DNA of 48,498 nucleotides. It comes from Bacteroidia bacterium. GTDB lineage: Bacteria; Bacteroidota; Bacteroidia; J057; RFSG01. Each line of letters begins with the position of its first letter. Position 1 is the first letter of the stretch. The notes beneath the pieces are model-generated. The model was not told the DNA's origin and did not search any database. It was given only the letters and a program-made list of their open reading frames with translations. This document shows, piece after piece, positions 19,511 through 27,937 of the stretch. Both the position numbers and the translations under genes were made by a program. The stretch covers positions 1-48,498 of the forward strand of contig JBEIHC010000003.1 in the NCBI GenBank assembly GCA_040381555.1. The letters run 5' to 3'.

Positions 19511-20470
19511 CTATTTACTTGTTGAATCTGGCGGGCAATAGAATACAGGCAGGCAGAGTTCTGGGTGTGTTTCTATTGGAATATGTCCGGCATTGGGGAT
19601 CAAAGTCAATTTTGCTTGAGGATGGTTTTGTAGAAATTTTTCTCCTGTGGCAAGGGGAATCCAGGTATCTTTTTCTCCCCAAATGATGCTTATTTCTACG
19701 TTTTGGGGAATTTCTTGTTGGGGCATATTTCCTCCGTAGCGGAATTTTTTCAGGATTGCTTCAGGTGTTTCAGGCAGTTGTAGAGGTCTCAAGTAGCCTT
19801 GGACAGCCTCTTCTTCTGCCTCTTTACCATAGGCGGATGTAAGTAGTTTCTGAATTCTACCTGGAGTAATGAAAAAGTAGTTTCCCAAAATCGCAGCCCA
19901 TCTTCGGAATAAGGGTGTAGTGAGTAATCCTCCTGTACCTGCATTTCCAGGCCGAAGGGCAGGTACTCCATCTATGAGAATTAACTTCTGGCATATTCGA
20001 GGATAAGCTGCTGCAAGTTCGGATACAACAGAGGCTCCCATGGAATGACCTGCTAATACCCAAGGGGAATAATCCTCATTTTGGGCATCTATTTTTCTCA
20101 GCAGGATTAGAGATAAAACGGGATCAGGTAAAGTGGAAGCTTGTATATTTCGGTCTGAGAACCCATATGCGGGCAAATCTAGGGCAACAATTTGATAGCC
20201 TAATTCCTGTAGAGGAGCAATTAATTTTCGATACGAAAAGGTGGATCCAGCAAACCCATGAACTAGTAGGATTTTTCCACACGGTTTCTGAGTAGAGGTG
20301 GGTTTCCAAATTCTATAGTGCAAACGAGTGCCATATATTTCGGCGAACTGACTTTCTGCAAATGGTTTTTCAGGAGTAGCTATTCGTTCTGAAATAGGGA
20401 TAAACCAAGGTAGAATGAGGCCGACAAAAAGAATGAATGCTCCCATGATTAGGAAGATTTTTTTTAACAT
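19511..20470 (-). CDS. alpha/beta hydrolase
   Basis: N-terminal anchor, an HG oxyanion motif (LLVHGFAGS), the nucleophile elbow GHSMGA, and a C-terminal GH (PNAGHIP). Confidence 0.85.
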   Translation of the reverse strand: MLKKIFLIMGAFILFVGLILPWFIPISERIATPEKPFAESQFAEIYGTRLHYRIWKPTSTQKPCGKILLVHGFAGSTFSYRKLIAPLQELGYQIVALDLPAYGFSDRNIQASTLPDPVLSLILLRKIDAQNEDYSPWVLAGHSMGASVVSELAAAYPRICQKLILIDGVPALRPGNAGTGGLLTTPLFRRWAAILGNYFFITPGRIQKLLTSAYGKEAEEEAVQGYLRPLQLPETPEAILKKFRYGGNMPQQEIPQNVEISIIWGEKDTWIPLATGEKFLQNHPQAKLTLIPNAGHIPIETHPELCLPVFYCPPDSTSK

Positions 20471-21387
20471 TAGAAATTAAATCCGTAAAGTTTTACTCTA
20501 GGAACAATTCGAATACTAGGGGCGGGGAAGTGCAAATGGTTGAGGTAGTGCAAGGCCCTAGTGATTGTTTTAGATTTTGTTTTTATTTTGGTTAGGTCAT
20601 AATCTAGGGCTAAGAATATTTCATGGCTTCCGCCTCCTTTGCCGTTTAGATTTTCTGCAGAAATACCGGTTGCGATGTTTAGAAATCTAGGCCAGTAGGG
20701 TTTGAGTTTATAGGGAAGAAGCCCGTGTACATTGACGGATAACCAATAATTATGTCTTTCATAATCGTCCATAAAAAATTTGGCTTGATTATTTTCTAAG
20801 GTTTTATAGTGGGAGGGGTTTATGAAGTCATAGCTCCATTTTACTTGGAAGTTACGCATGATGGGGAAATATTCTTGAGCAACTGGGAACAAGGCTCCTG
20901 CAGTATTGGCAGCCATATCTCCGATGCTGAAACCCCAGTAAGGGGCAAGTCCGTCTTTTATTTCAACAATGGCTGTAGTGAGTATGCCATAACTTGCTCC
21001 ATACCACAGTGCTTTTCTTCGAGGTACTCCAGACCAGCTGAGCATATCATAGAATAAATCTGAAGTCAGTTTGGAACTCCAGAAGTGACCAAATTTATCC
21101 ATGCCGAGGGCATAGACCATGTCAGAGCCTTTATCGAAATGAAATTTACTGCTTCCATCTGCCCACCATACTTTTTGGAAGTATAGGAAAATACCGGCTG
21201 TTGTGCCACTCACACCGGTTATAATTCCTGTTAATCGCCAGGGTCGAATACCGGTTCGGGTCGTGTCTTCTGAGAGGGAATGAACTACAGTATCGGGCAA
21301 GTTTTGACCCAAGGAATTTTGTATAAATCCAAAGCTTAAATAGCTTAGGACGAGAACACGCAAGATGAAAGTAAGCCCAAACTTCAT
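20470..21387 (-). CDS. hypothetical exported/outer-membrane protein, possibly DUF2279 (YfiM-like)
   Basis: It has a signal peptide, and the MDKFGHFWSS block resembles the DUF2279 core. The assignment is tentative. Confidence 0.4.
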   Translation of the reverse strand: MKFGLTFILRVLVLSYLSFGFIQNSLGQNLPDTVVHSLSEDTTRTGIRPWRLTGIITGVSGTTAGIFLYFQKVWWADGSSKFHFDKGSDMVYALGMDKFGHFWSSKLTSDLFYDMLSWSGVPRRKALWYGASYGILTTAIVEIKDGLAPYWGFSIGDMAANTAGALFPVAQEYFPIMRNFQVKWSYDFINPSHYKTLENNQAKFFMDDYERHNYWLSVNVHGLLPYKLKPYWPRFLNIATGISAENLNGKGGGSHEIFLALDYDLTKIKTKSKTITRALHYLNHLHFPAPSIRIVPRVKLYGFNF

Positions 21388-21390
21388 AGC

Positions 21391-22125
21391 TTAATCTAGG
21401 ATAAGACAGGCTATGGTAGTCCCTCTGACATTCACTAGTTTTTTAAAGCGATTATCTGTTTTATACAGTTCATTCAAAGCGAGAATGACCTCGTACCATC
21501 CGTAGTCATGCCAAATTAGGATACCTTTTCCATTTTTGAGTAGGGGAAACACTTTTTCGGTGTCACTCATCACATATTCATAGGAATGCGCACCGTCTAC
21601 AAAAATCATATCCATAGTACCCTGCAGGGGGGTATAGTCATAGGAGGCTGAATCTGCATAAATCTGATGAATCCGGTTGGCATATTGGGTTTTTAGGAAG
21701 CGTGTTCCAGACTGGGGTTTATCAATAAATTTACGATCTCCCGTTTTGATACGGAGAGCGGTTTCGGTGATAGCAGACTGAGGCAAATCCAGAGTGTATA
21801 ATTCTGTATCGGGTCGGGCATTGGCTATGAGGTTGAGGGAGGTTCTGCCATCAAAAGTCCCGATTTCAAATATTTTTTCAGGTTGGAATCGAGCAGAAAG
21901 CGAAGCTAAAACGACCAATTCTTCCGGGGTTACATTTCCGTCTTGAGATTCTTTTTCTAGAATTAGGGGTTGAATCGTTCCCACCAAATCTTCCAAACTG
22001 ACTTCCGGAAGTATTTTGATGGCCTCATTTTTTCGTTTTTTGTGTCTGGATTTGGCGGTTATTTCTTCCAGGATTTTTCCGGATTTAAGTACATGCCAAA
22101 GTCTGGGAATCAGGTATTTTTTCAT
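21391..22125 (-). CDS. class I SAM-dependent methyltransferase (Methyltransf_24 / O-methyltransferase-like)
   Basis: The IFEIGTFDGRTSLNL motif I and MIFVDGAHSYEYV block are typical of the TylF/CmcI-like methyltransferase fold. Confidence 0.7.
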   Translation of the reverse strand: MKKYLIPRLWHVLKSGKILEEITAKSRHKKRKNEAIKILPEVSLEDLVGTIQPLILEKESQDGNVTPEELVVLASLSARFQPEKIFEIGTFDGRTSLNLIANARPDTELYTLDLPQSAITETALRIKTGDRKFIDKPQSGTRFLKTQYANRIHQIYADSASYDYTPLQGTMDMIFVDGAHSYEYVMSDTEKVFPLLKNGKGILIWHDYGWYEVILALNELYKTDNRFKKLVNVRGTTIACLILD

Positions 22126-22398
22126 AGGGAATACATTATAAATCAGTAGGAATCAGGCGTTTTTTATGAGTACTAATCTCCCGGTTAGGAAGGGAATTTC
22201 CCGTCAGATTGTCCTTAAATGAATCGCTTCAGAATCCGTTCAAAGTTACAAAGTATCTATTGAACCAGTATTTAGGTTTTTTTTCAGGATTTATGCCAAA
22301 ATATGTTTAACTTTATTACCTTAAACGAGATTGGATAAATGTATCCAATTGATAATAGTGCATAAAACTTAAAATTAAGATTCGTCAGGGTAAAAATC

Positions 22399-25300
22399 AT
22401 GCGTATTCTTTCAGTTATTTCCCTTTTATTATTCTTATTCCTAACCAAGGTTTCTCAGGCTCAGATTACCAATTGGTCTGCCACCTATTCTGGAGGGTCT
22501 AATCAAGCCTGCCCGCATACTCAATCGAATTTCACTTTGCCGGTTGTGTCAGGCTTGACATTTAGTCAGGTTACGAGAGGTGCGGGTTTGGTGTGTGGTT
22601 CAGCCTCCAATGGGTATAGCTCTTCCGACTGGACTTCGGTTGATTCTTTGTCTGCATTCGCTGCTGGGGATTATCATGAAATCAATGTGAGTTCTTCTTG
22701 TCCAGCCTATACACTGGATTCAATCCGGTATTCCACTCAAAGTAGTGGAACAGGAGCTACTTCGGCTTATGTTTTGGTATCAGTTAATGGGGGGACTTTC
22801 ACTTCATTTGGAAATAGGTTTACTATTGGGAATATGGGTAGTGCCTTTTCGATCACGGTAATAGGTACTTCTGTTCAAATTCCTCAGGGAGGAAGTTTAC
22901 GCATACGGATTTTTGGCTTTGGGGCTTCTGCAACGGGTGGCACACACCGGGTGAGTAATGGCACCATCCTGTATATGAAGACAATAGATCCCTCTGCAAC
23001 GCTCTCAGGAACACAGACTATATGCAATGGAAATAATGCCAACCTGATTGTTAACTTCACAGGCACAGGACCATGGGACATCATATATTCAGATGGGTTT
23101 AATTCATCCGCAATAAACGGAATCAACAGCAATCCCTATTTGCTGGTAGTTAACCCAACTGTAACCCGTACTTTCTCGATGGCATCTGTTGTGTCTGTTT
23201 GTTCTGGTTTAGTTTCGGGAACAGCGGTAGTAACTGTTTTGCCAGCTATTACCAATAATCTGGTTACGGCCAGCCAGACTCTATGTGTCGGCAATACCAC
23301 AGCTATATTAACCGGCCTAGCACCAGGTGGTGGCAACGGTATTTATTCCTACCAATGGGAAATGAGCACGGATGGCATCAATTGGAATAGCATCGGCGGG
23401 GCTGTCGGCACTAATTTTAATCCAGGTATTGCTACCTCTACTTTCTCTTACCGAAGAATCGTGAATTCTGGAGCTTGCCCTCCCTCTACCTCTTCTAAGT
23501 TGGATTTGGTTGTCTTGCCAGCTTTCTCCATGAACTCTGTTTCCAGTTCACAAATAATTTGTTCCGGAGTTGCCCCGAATTTGTTTGCAGGGTCTTTACC
23601 AACAGGAGGCAACGGATCATACGGATATCAGTGGCAAAGCAGTCTAACCAATTCCTCTTGGGGCAATGTAATTGGGGCTAATACTCAAGATTATCAGGCA
23701 CCCATACTAACCGCCAATACCTATTATAGACGGATTGCTACCACCACCACTTGCACTCCAACTACAAGTACTTCTATTTCAGTTCAATTGGACCCGGGAA
23801 TAGGCAATAATCTAATCGGAAGTTCTCAGGCAATTTGTGTGGGTTCACCTGCAGCTGCCTTCACTGGTGCTATTCCGACTGGAGGGAATGGATCTTACAC
23901 TTATCTATGGCAAAGTAGTACGGATAATACTGCATTTTATGATTGTGGGGGAGGAAATGGTGTAGGGTATTCTGCTGGGGTAATATTGACTAATACTTAT
24001 TTTCGTAGGGTGATTAGTTCCGGTATTTGCCCCGGAAATACGAGTACAACGGTATTTCTTAGACCAGATGTTCCCGTAAGCGGAAATATCATATCTTCTA
24101 ATCAAACACTTTGTTTAGGCGGAATTGCAACTACCCTGACCGGTACTACTCCAACTGGAGGTTTCGGAGGATACGGGTATCAGTGGCAGACCAGTCCGGA
24201 TGCCTCTACTTGGACAAATATTACAGGAGCTGTGACGGCAAGTTATGCTCCCGGTTCTCCAACAGCTACCCGTTATTATCATCGGATTATTTCCAGTGGT
24301 GCCTGTCCGCCTATTACCTCTGCCCCCATACTTATCCAGATACAAACAGCTATCACGCAAAATACATTGGCAGCCGATCAGACCATTTGTAATGGAAGTT
24401 TAGCCGCTACCCTGTCGGGTAGTATTCCTGCTGGGGGTTCAGGATTGTATACTTATGGCTGGCAAAGTAGTTTTGATGGAATAAATTGGGGCACAGTGGC
24501 AGGGGAGGTGAATCAGGATTTAGATCCCTTTTTTCAATCTAATACTATTCGGTATCGCCGATTAGTATCTGGAGGAGTATGTCCAACTTCTACAAGTGTA
24601 CAGGTATTTGTGGTAGTGAATCAGGCTATTGTTAATAATTTTATTGCAACAGATCAGACCTTGTGTAGTGGGAATACTCCCAATCAACTTACGGGATCTA
24701 CCCCTACGGGTGGTGTAGGTACTTTTTCCTATCAATGGATATCAAGTACAGATAATGCTACTTGGTCCAATCACCCTGGAGCTATAAATCCCTTTTTACA
24801 ACCTGGAGTAATGAGTGTTCAAACTTATTATCGAAGGGTGGTAATTTCAGGGGTATGTAATCCGGATAGTTCATTTTATTTATTGTTGGATGTGTATGGC
24901 TTACCAGCTCCAAATGTTGTAAGTGCAGATCAAACATTATGTGGGACTCCGATAGCTCAACTATTAGATGGCACTCAGGCTACTGGTGGCTTGGGAGGAG
25001 TATTTTATGAGTGGATTTACTCCACCGGTAGCCTAAGTAATTGGATGAGTTATCCAGGAGGTACAGGAGAAGATTTAAATCCAGATCCAATAGTACAAAC
25101 TACCTATTTTAGCCGGGTAGTAAGCTCTGGGACTTGCGTCAATGATACAGCGGCAGCTATTTTAGTTACCTATCAAGCTGCTCCAGGAAATAATTTTATT
25201 AGTTCCAATCAGACAATATGTGCCGGTACTTTGCCAAGTTTACTAACAGGGTCAATTCCAACTGGCGGTAGCGGTTCTTATTTGTTTCAGTGGGAATCTT

Positions 25301-26484
25301 CTGCCGATAGTCTGGTTTGGAGCCCGGTGGTCGATGCAACACTTCAAGATTATCAGCCACAAGTTAATGCCAATGATATTTGGTACCGAAGGGTGGTAAA
25401 TGCAGGATCTACCTGTGTGGCAGACTCCCAGGCTATTTCCTTTGTAGTTGTTAAGAGCCCTCCCAGTGCAGTGTTTACAGGGAACCAAAGCATTTGTGAA
25501 AGTAATTCCGCTCAATTGTCCATCAACCTTTCTGGAGGCACTCCCCCTTGGAATGTTACCTATTTTGACGGTACTTCCAATGTTACAGTATCTGGAATCA
25601 ACACGAGCCCCTATCTGGTGAATGTTACTCCTTCTGTACACACCACTTATAGTCTTCGGGATGCTTGGGATGTTTGTCCTGGATTCTATTCAGGAGAGCC
25701 GGTCGTTATTGTATATCAAAGACCTTGGGCAGTATTGAGTAATGACCAAACAGTCTGTGTGCCTGGTTCGGCGATTATTTCAATTACGATGTATGGACCC
25801 GGTCCTTGGGATTTGAGGTATTCTACGAATGGAGCAGGTATAACCAGTATCAATGGAATTACCTCTAATCCCTATATTCTGAATGTTTTCCCTACTGTAA
25901 CCAGCTCGTATCAAATCACCCGGATTTATGATGGTCGTTGCGCCCGTACCAATTTGCCGAATATCTCAGTGGTAACCGGCTATAATGCCAGTCCTCCAGT
26001 CATTGATTTTACCTATGTTCGCAATGCGAATACAGTTTGGTTCACTAATTTAACCACCAATGCGGATACCTATAGGTGGGAGTTTGGGGATGGGGGCACC
26101 AGTAATTTGATGAGTCCTTACCATTACTATTTCTTTAATGGAAATTATCAGGTAAAGCTGATTGCTTCTAATGTATGCAATACGGATTCAATCTTCAAAG
26201 TGGTCACCAGTGTATCTACGGATGATATGGTGAATGGAACAATTCCAGAACTCTATCCGAATCCTGTGAAGGATCAGTGTTCGGTACGATTAACAGAAGG
26301 TGATGTGCTGATAAGTGCAGAATGGCTTTCGTTAGAGGGCAAGTTAATTCGTTCTGAATCTGAGATTAAGCAGGATGATTCAGGCCTGTATCAATTTGAT
26401 ATTCATGATTTCGCCTCCGGTACTTATTTATTGCTTGTTAAAACGGATAAGGGCACATTGGTAGGTCGGGTACTGAAGCAATAA
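22399..26484 (+). CDS. giant secreted repeat protein 1 (1361 aa), T9SS cargo
   Basis: Domain order:
- Signal peptide (LFLTKVSQAQ).
- A ~190-aa N-terminal domain.
- 1 x 87-aa 'C..PW..DG..C' module.
- 8 x ~92-aa repeats (Q.(I/L)C.G.....L.G..PTGG.G.Y.YQW.SS.D...W....GA.......P......YYRR.V.SG.C).
- 2 more 87-aa modules.
- A PKD-like segment (WEFGDGGTSN...PYHYY...GNYQVKLIASN).
- A T9SS CTD (ELYPNPVKDQCSVRL...GTYLLLVKTDKG). Confidence 0.9.
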   Translation: MRILSVISLLLFLFLTKVSQAQITNWSATYSGGSNQACPHTQSNFTLPVVSGLTFSQVTRGAGLVCGSASNGYSSSDWTSVDSLSAFAAGDYHEINVSSSCPAYTLDSIRYSTQSSGTGATSAYVLVSVNGGTFTSFGNRFTIGNMGSAFSITVIGTSVQIPQGGSLRIRIFGFGASATGGTHRVSNGTILYMKTIDPSATLSGTQTICNGNNANLIVNFTGTGPWDIIYSDGFNSSAINGINSNPYLLVVNPTVTRTFSMASVVSVCSGLVSGTAVVTVLPAITNNLVTASQTLCVGNTTAILTGLAPGGGNGIYSYQWEMSTDGINWNSIGGAVGTNFNPGIATSTFSYRRIVNSGACPPSTSSKLDLVVLPAFSMNSVSSSQIICSGVAPNLFAGSLPTGGNGSYGYQWQSSLTNSSWGNVIGANTQDYQAPILTANTYYRRIATTTTCTPTTSTSISVQLDPGIGNNLIGSSQAICVGSPAAAFTGAIPTGGNGSYTYLWQSSTDNTAFYDCGGGNGVGYSAGVILTNTYFRRVISSGICPGNTSTTVFLRPDVPVSGNIISSNQTLCLGGIATTLTGTTPTGGFGGYGYQWQTSPDASTWTNITGAVTASYAPGSPTATRYYHRIISSGACPPITSAPILIQIQTAITQNTLAADQTICNGSLAATLSGSIPAGGSGLYTYGWQSSFDGINWGTVAGEVNQDLDPFFQSNTIRYRRLVSGGVCPTSTSVQVFVVVNQAIVNNFIATDQTLCSGNTPNQLTGSTPTGGVGTFSYQWISSTDNATWSNHPGAINPFLQPGVMSVQTYYRRVVISGVCNPDSSFYLLLDVYGLPAPNVVSADQTLCGTPIAQLLDGTQATGGLGGVFYEWIYSTGSLSNWMSYPGGTGEDLNPDPIVQTTYFSRVVSSGTCVNDTAAAILVTYQAAPGNNFISSNQTICAGTLPSLLTGSIPTGGSGSYLFQWESSADSLVWSPVVDATLQDYQPQVNANDIWYRRVVNAGSTCVADSQAISFVVVKSPPSAVFTGNQSICESNSAQLSINLSGGTPPWNVTYFDGTSNVTVSGINTSPYLVNVTPSVHTTYSLRDAWDVCPGFYSGEPVVIVYQRPWAVLSNDQTVCVPGSAIISITMYGPGPWDLRYSTNGAGITSINGITSNPYILNVFPTVTSSYQITRIYDGRCARTNLPNISVVTGYNASPPVIDFTYVRNANTVWFTNLTTNADTYRWEFGDGGTSNLMSPYHYYFFNGNYQVKLIASNVCNTDSIFKVVTSVSTDDMVNGTIPELYPNPVKDQCSVRLTEGDVLISAEWLSLEGKLIRSESEIKQDDSGLYQFDIHDFASGTYLLLVKTDKGTLVGRVLKQ
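23242..25455 (+). repeat. 8 tandem ~277-bp (~92-aa) coding repeats inside giant protein 1
   Basis: The motif TGG(N/S/F/V/L)G.Y.YQW recurs eight times at regular spacing in the translation. Confidence 0.85.
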
Positions 26485-26505
26485 TCCTGTTCGGGATTCA
26501 ATAGA

Positions 26506-26898
26506 CTAGGGCAGTATTCTGTGTTGCTGACTGATTAGGCATTGAGATGCGTTCCCAGAGAACAGTCTTTTGCGTAATCTAGCAATTATTCGGTAGAAAA
26601 AATCGCTGATAAATTTCGGGAAATAGGCTAAATAGGATAGATAGCTCCAAGGTTTTTCTAGGTAGCTCAGAATCTTGAAGACAGCTTGGGAGCGGAGGTA
26701 AATATTTCCTTCATTCCATAAAATCAAGGTGTTCATTTTTGCAGAGTGGGCTGAGGGTAGCAAGTTTCTGGCAGTTTCTCCTTGAAGCGGGGCAAATTGC
26801 AAAATGGATTTTTTATCTTTTCGAATCAGCCATTGAACCGAACGACTGCACAAGAGACAGTCGTTATCAAAAAAAATGAGGGGCAATTGGCTATTCAT
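26506..26898 (-). CDS. thiol-disulfide oxidoreductase DCC family protein (DUF393)
   Basis: N-terminal IFFDNDCLLCSRSVQWLIRKD matches the DCC F-D-x-x-C-x-x-C signature. Confidence 0.75.
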   Translation of the reverse strand: MNSQLPLIFFDNDCLLCSRSVQWLIRKDKKSILQFAPLQGETARNLLPSAHSAKMNTLILWNEGNIYLRSQAVFKILSYLEKPWSYLSYLAYFPKFISDFFYRIIARLRKRLFSGNASQCLISQQHRILP

Positions 26899-26948
26899 GC
26901 AGGTAAAACAACATAGATTTACAATTCAATTCCCAAATTGAAAAAAAT

Positions 26949-27476
26949 ATGGTATCAAAAGCATTGTTTTTAGATCGGGATGGGGTGATTAATCAGGAAA
27001 TGGGGGATTATGTATTTAAAAGGGAGGATTTTCATTTTGAGGAAGGGATAGTTGACATCTGTAAAAAAGCGCTGAATAAGGGTTTTCTATTGATTGTTAT
27101 AACCAATCAGGGAGGGATTCAAAAAGGACTGTATTCCATTGAGGAGGTCGATCGCTTGCATGCATGGATGAAAGATCATTTTATTCGGCATCAGTGTCCT
27201 ATCACCGACATTTACTTTAGCCCGTATCACAAGGATTTTGGAAAAAATATTTTGAGCAAACCCTCTAGCTTGATGCTTGAAAAGGCTTGTGCCAAATATG
27301 GCATTGATGCTCGTCAATCTTGGATGATTGGAGATCGGGCAAGAGATGTGGAAGCAGGGAAAGGCGTGGGTTGCAGAACAGTTGGGATAGGGGAGGATTC
27401 TGCTCATGCAGGGGCTGATTATTGGATGCCTACAATTAAAAGCCTCAGTCAGTCAGAATGGTTTGAACAACTTTGA
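26949..27476 (+). CDS. gmhB: HAD-IIIA phosphatase, D-glycero-D-manno-heptose 1,7-bisphosphate phosphatase-like
   Basis: Motif I FLDRDGVIN, motif II VITNQGG, motif III/IV MIGDRARDVEAG. The size (175 aa) is typical of GmhB. Confidence 0.7.
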   Translation: MVSKALFLDRDGVINQEMGDYVFKREDFHFEEGIVDICKKALNKGFLLIVITNQGGIQKGLYSIEEVDRLHAWMKDHFIRHQCPITDIYFSPYHKDFGKNILSKPSSLMLEKACAKYGIDARQSWMIGDRARDVEAGKGVGCRTVGIGEDSAHAGADYWMPTIKSLSQSEWFEQL

Positions 27477-27508
27477 ATTTCAAAAAAATCTACAACACCT
27501 AACTTCAG

Positions 27509-27616
27509 CTTAGGGTAAGTCTTTGCTTAGGGTAAGTGCTTACTTGGGGTAAGTTTTCGCTTAGGGTAAGTCATTACTTAGGGTAAGTCTTTACTTAGGG
27601 TAAGTGCTTACTTAGG
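27509..27616. repeat. 17-bp tandem repeat, about 6.4 copies (CTTAGGGTAAGTNNTTN)
   Basis: Unit starts are at 27509, 27526, 27543, 27560, 27577, 27594 and 27611. The array lies in the convergent gap between gmhB and the Kunitz gene. It shares the TTAGGGTAA core and 17-bp period with the array at 343-440. Confidence 0.95.
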
Positions 27617-27625
27617 AAATCCTAA

Positions 27626-27880
27626 TTAATTTTGGCACTTGCAACTCTTCATACATTCTTCTTTGGAATCGAAAGGAACCACGCCCCCACAACCCCCATA
27701 AGTGAATGATTTACATTTGTTATCTACCCGGTCGAAGTACCATTTGGTGCTGGCATCTGGGCAGGGACCGCTGTTCGGTCGGGTGGCGCAACCGGGGTGA
27801 CGGACGCAATTTCTGCGACATGCCGAAAGGTTTAAAAGGCTGACTACAGCCAAAAAGAGAATAATGTATAAGTACCTCAT
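27626..27880 (-). CDS. BPTI/Kunitz-domain lipoprotein
   Basis: Start chosen at MRYLYIILFLAVVSLLNLSAC (lipobox LSAC; ATG at 27880). The mature part, GC-ATRPNSGP-C-PDASTKWYFDRVDNK-C-KSFTYGG-C-GGVVPFDSKEE-C-MKS-C, reproduces BPTI Cys spacing (8/15/7/11 versus 12/3) and the F.YGGC core. Confidence 0.85.
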   Translation of the reverse strand: MRYLYIILFLAVVSLLNLSACRRNCVRHPGCATRPNSGPCPDASTKWYFDRVDNKCKSFTYGGCGGVVPFDSKEECMKSCKCQN

Positions 27881-27937
27881 ACGCCGATTACAAAAGTAAA
27901 AATACGAAAATTTTCTAAATCTGAATAACTTGCAGCC

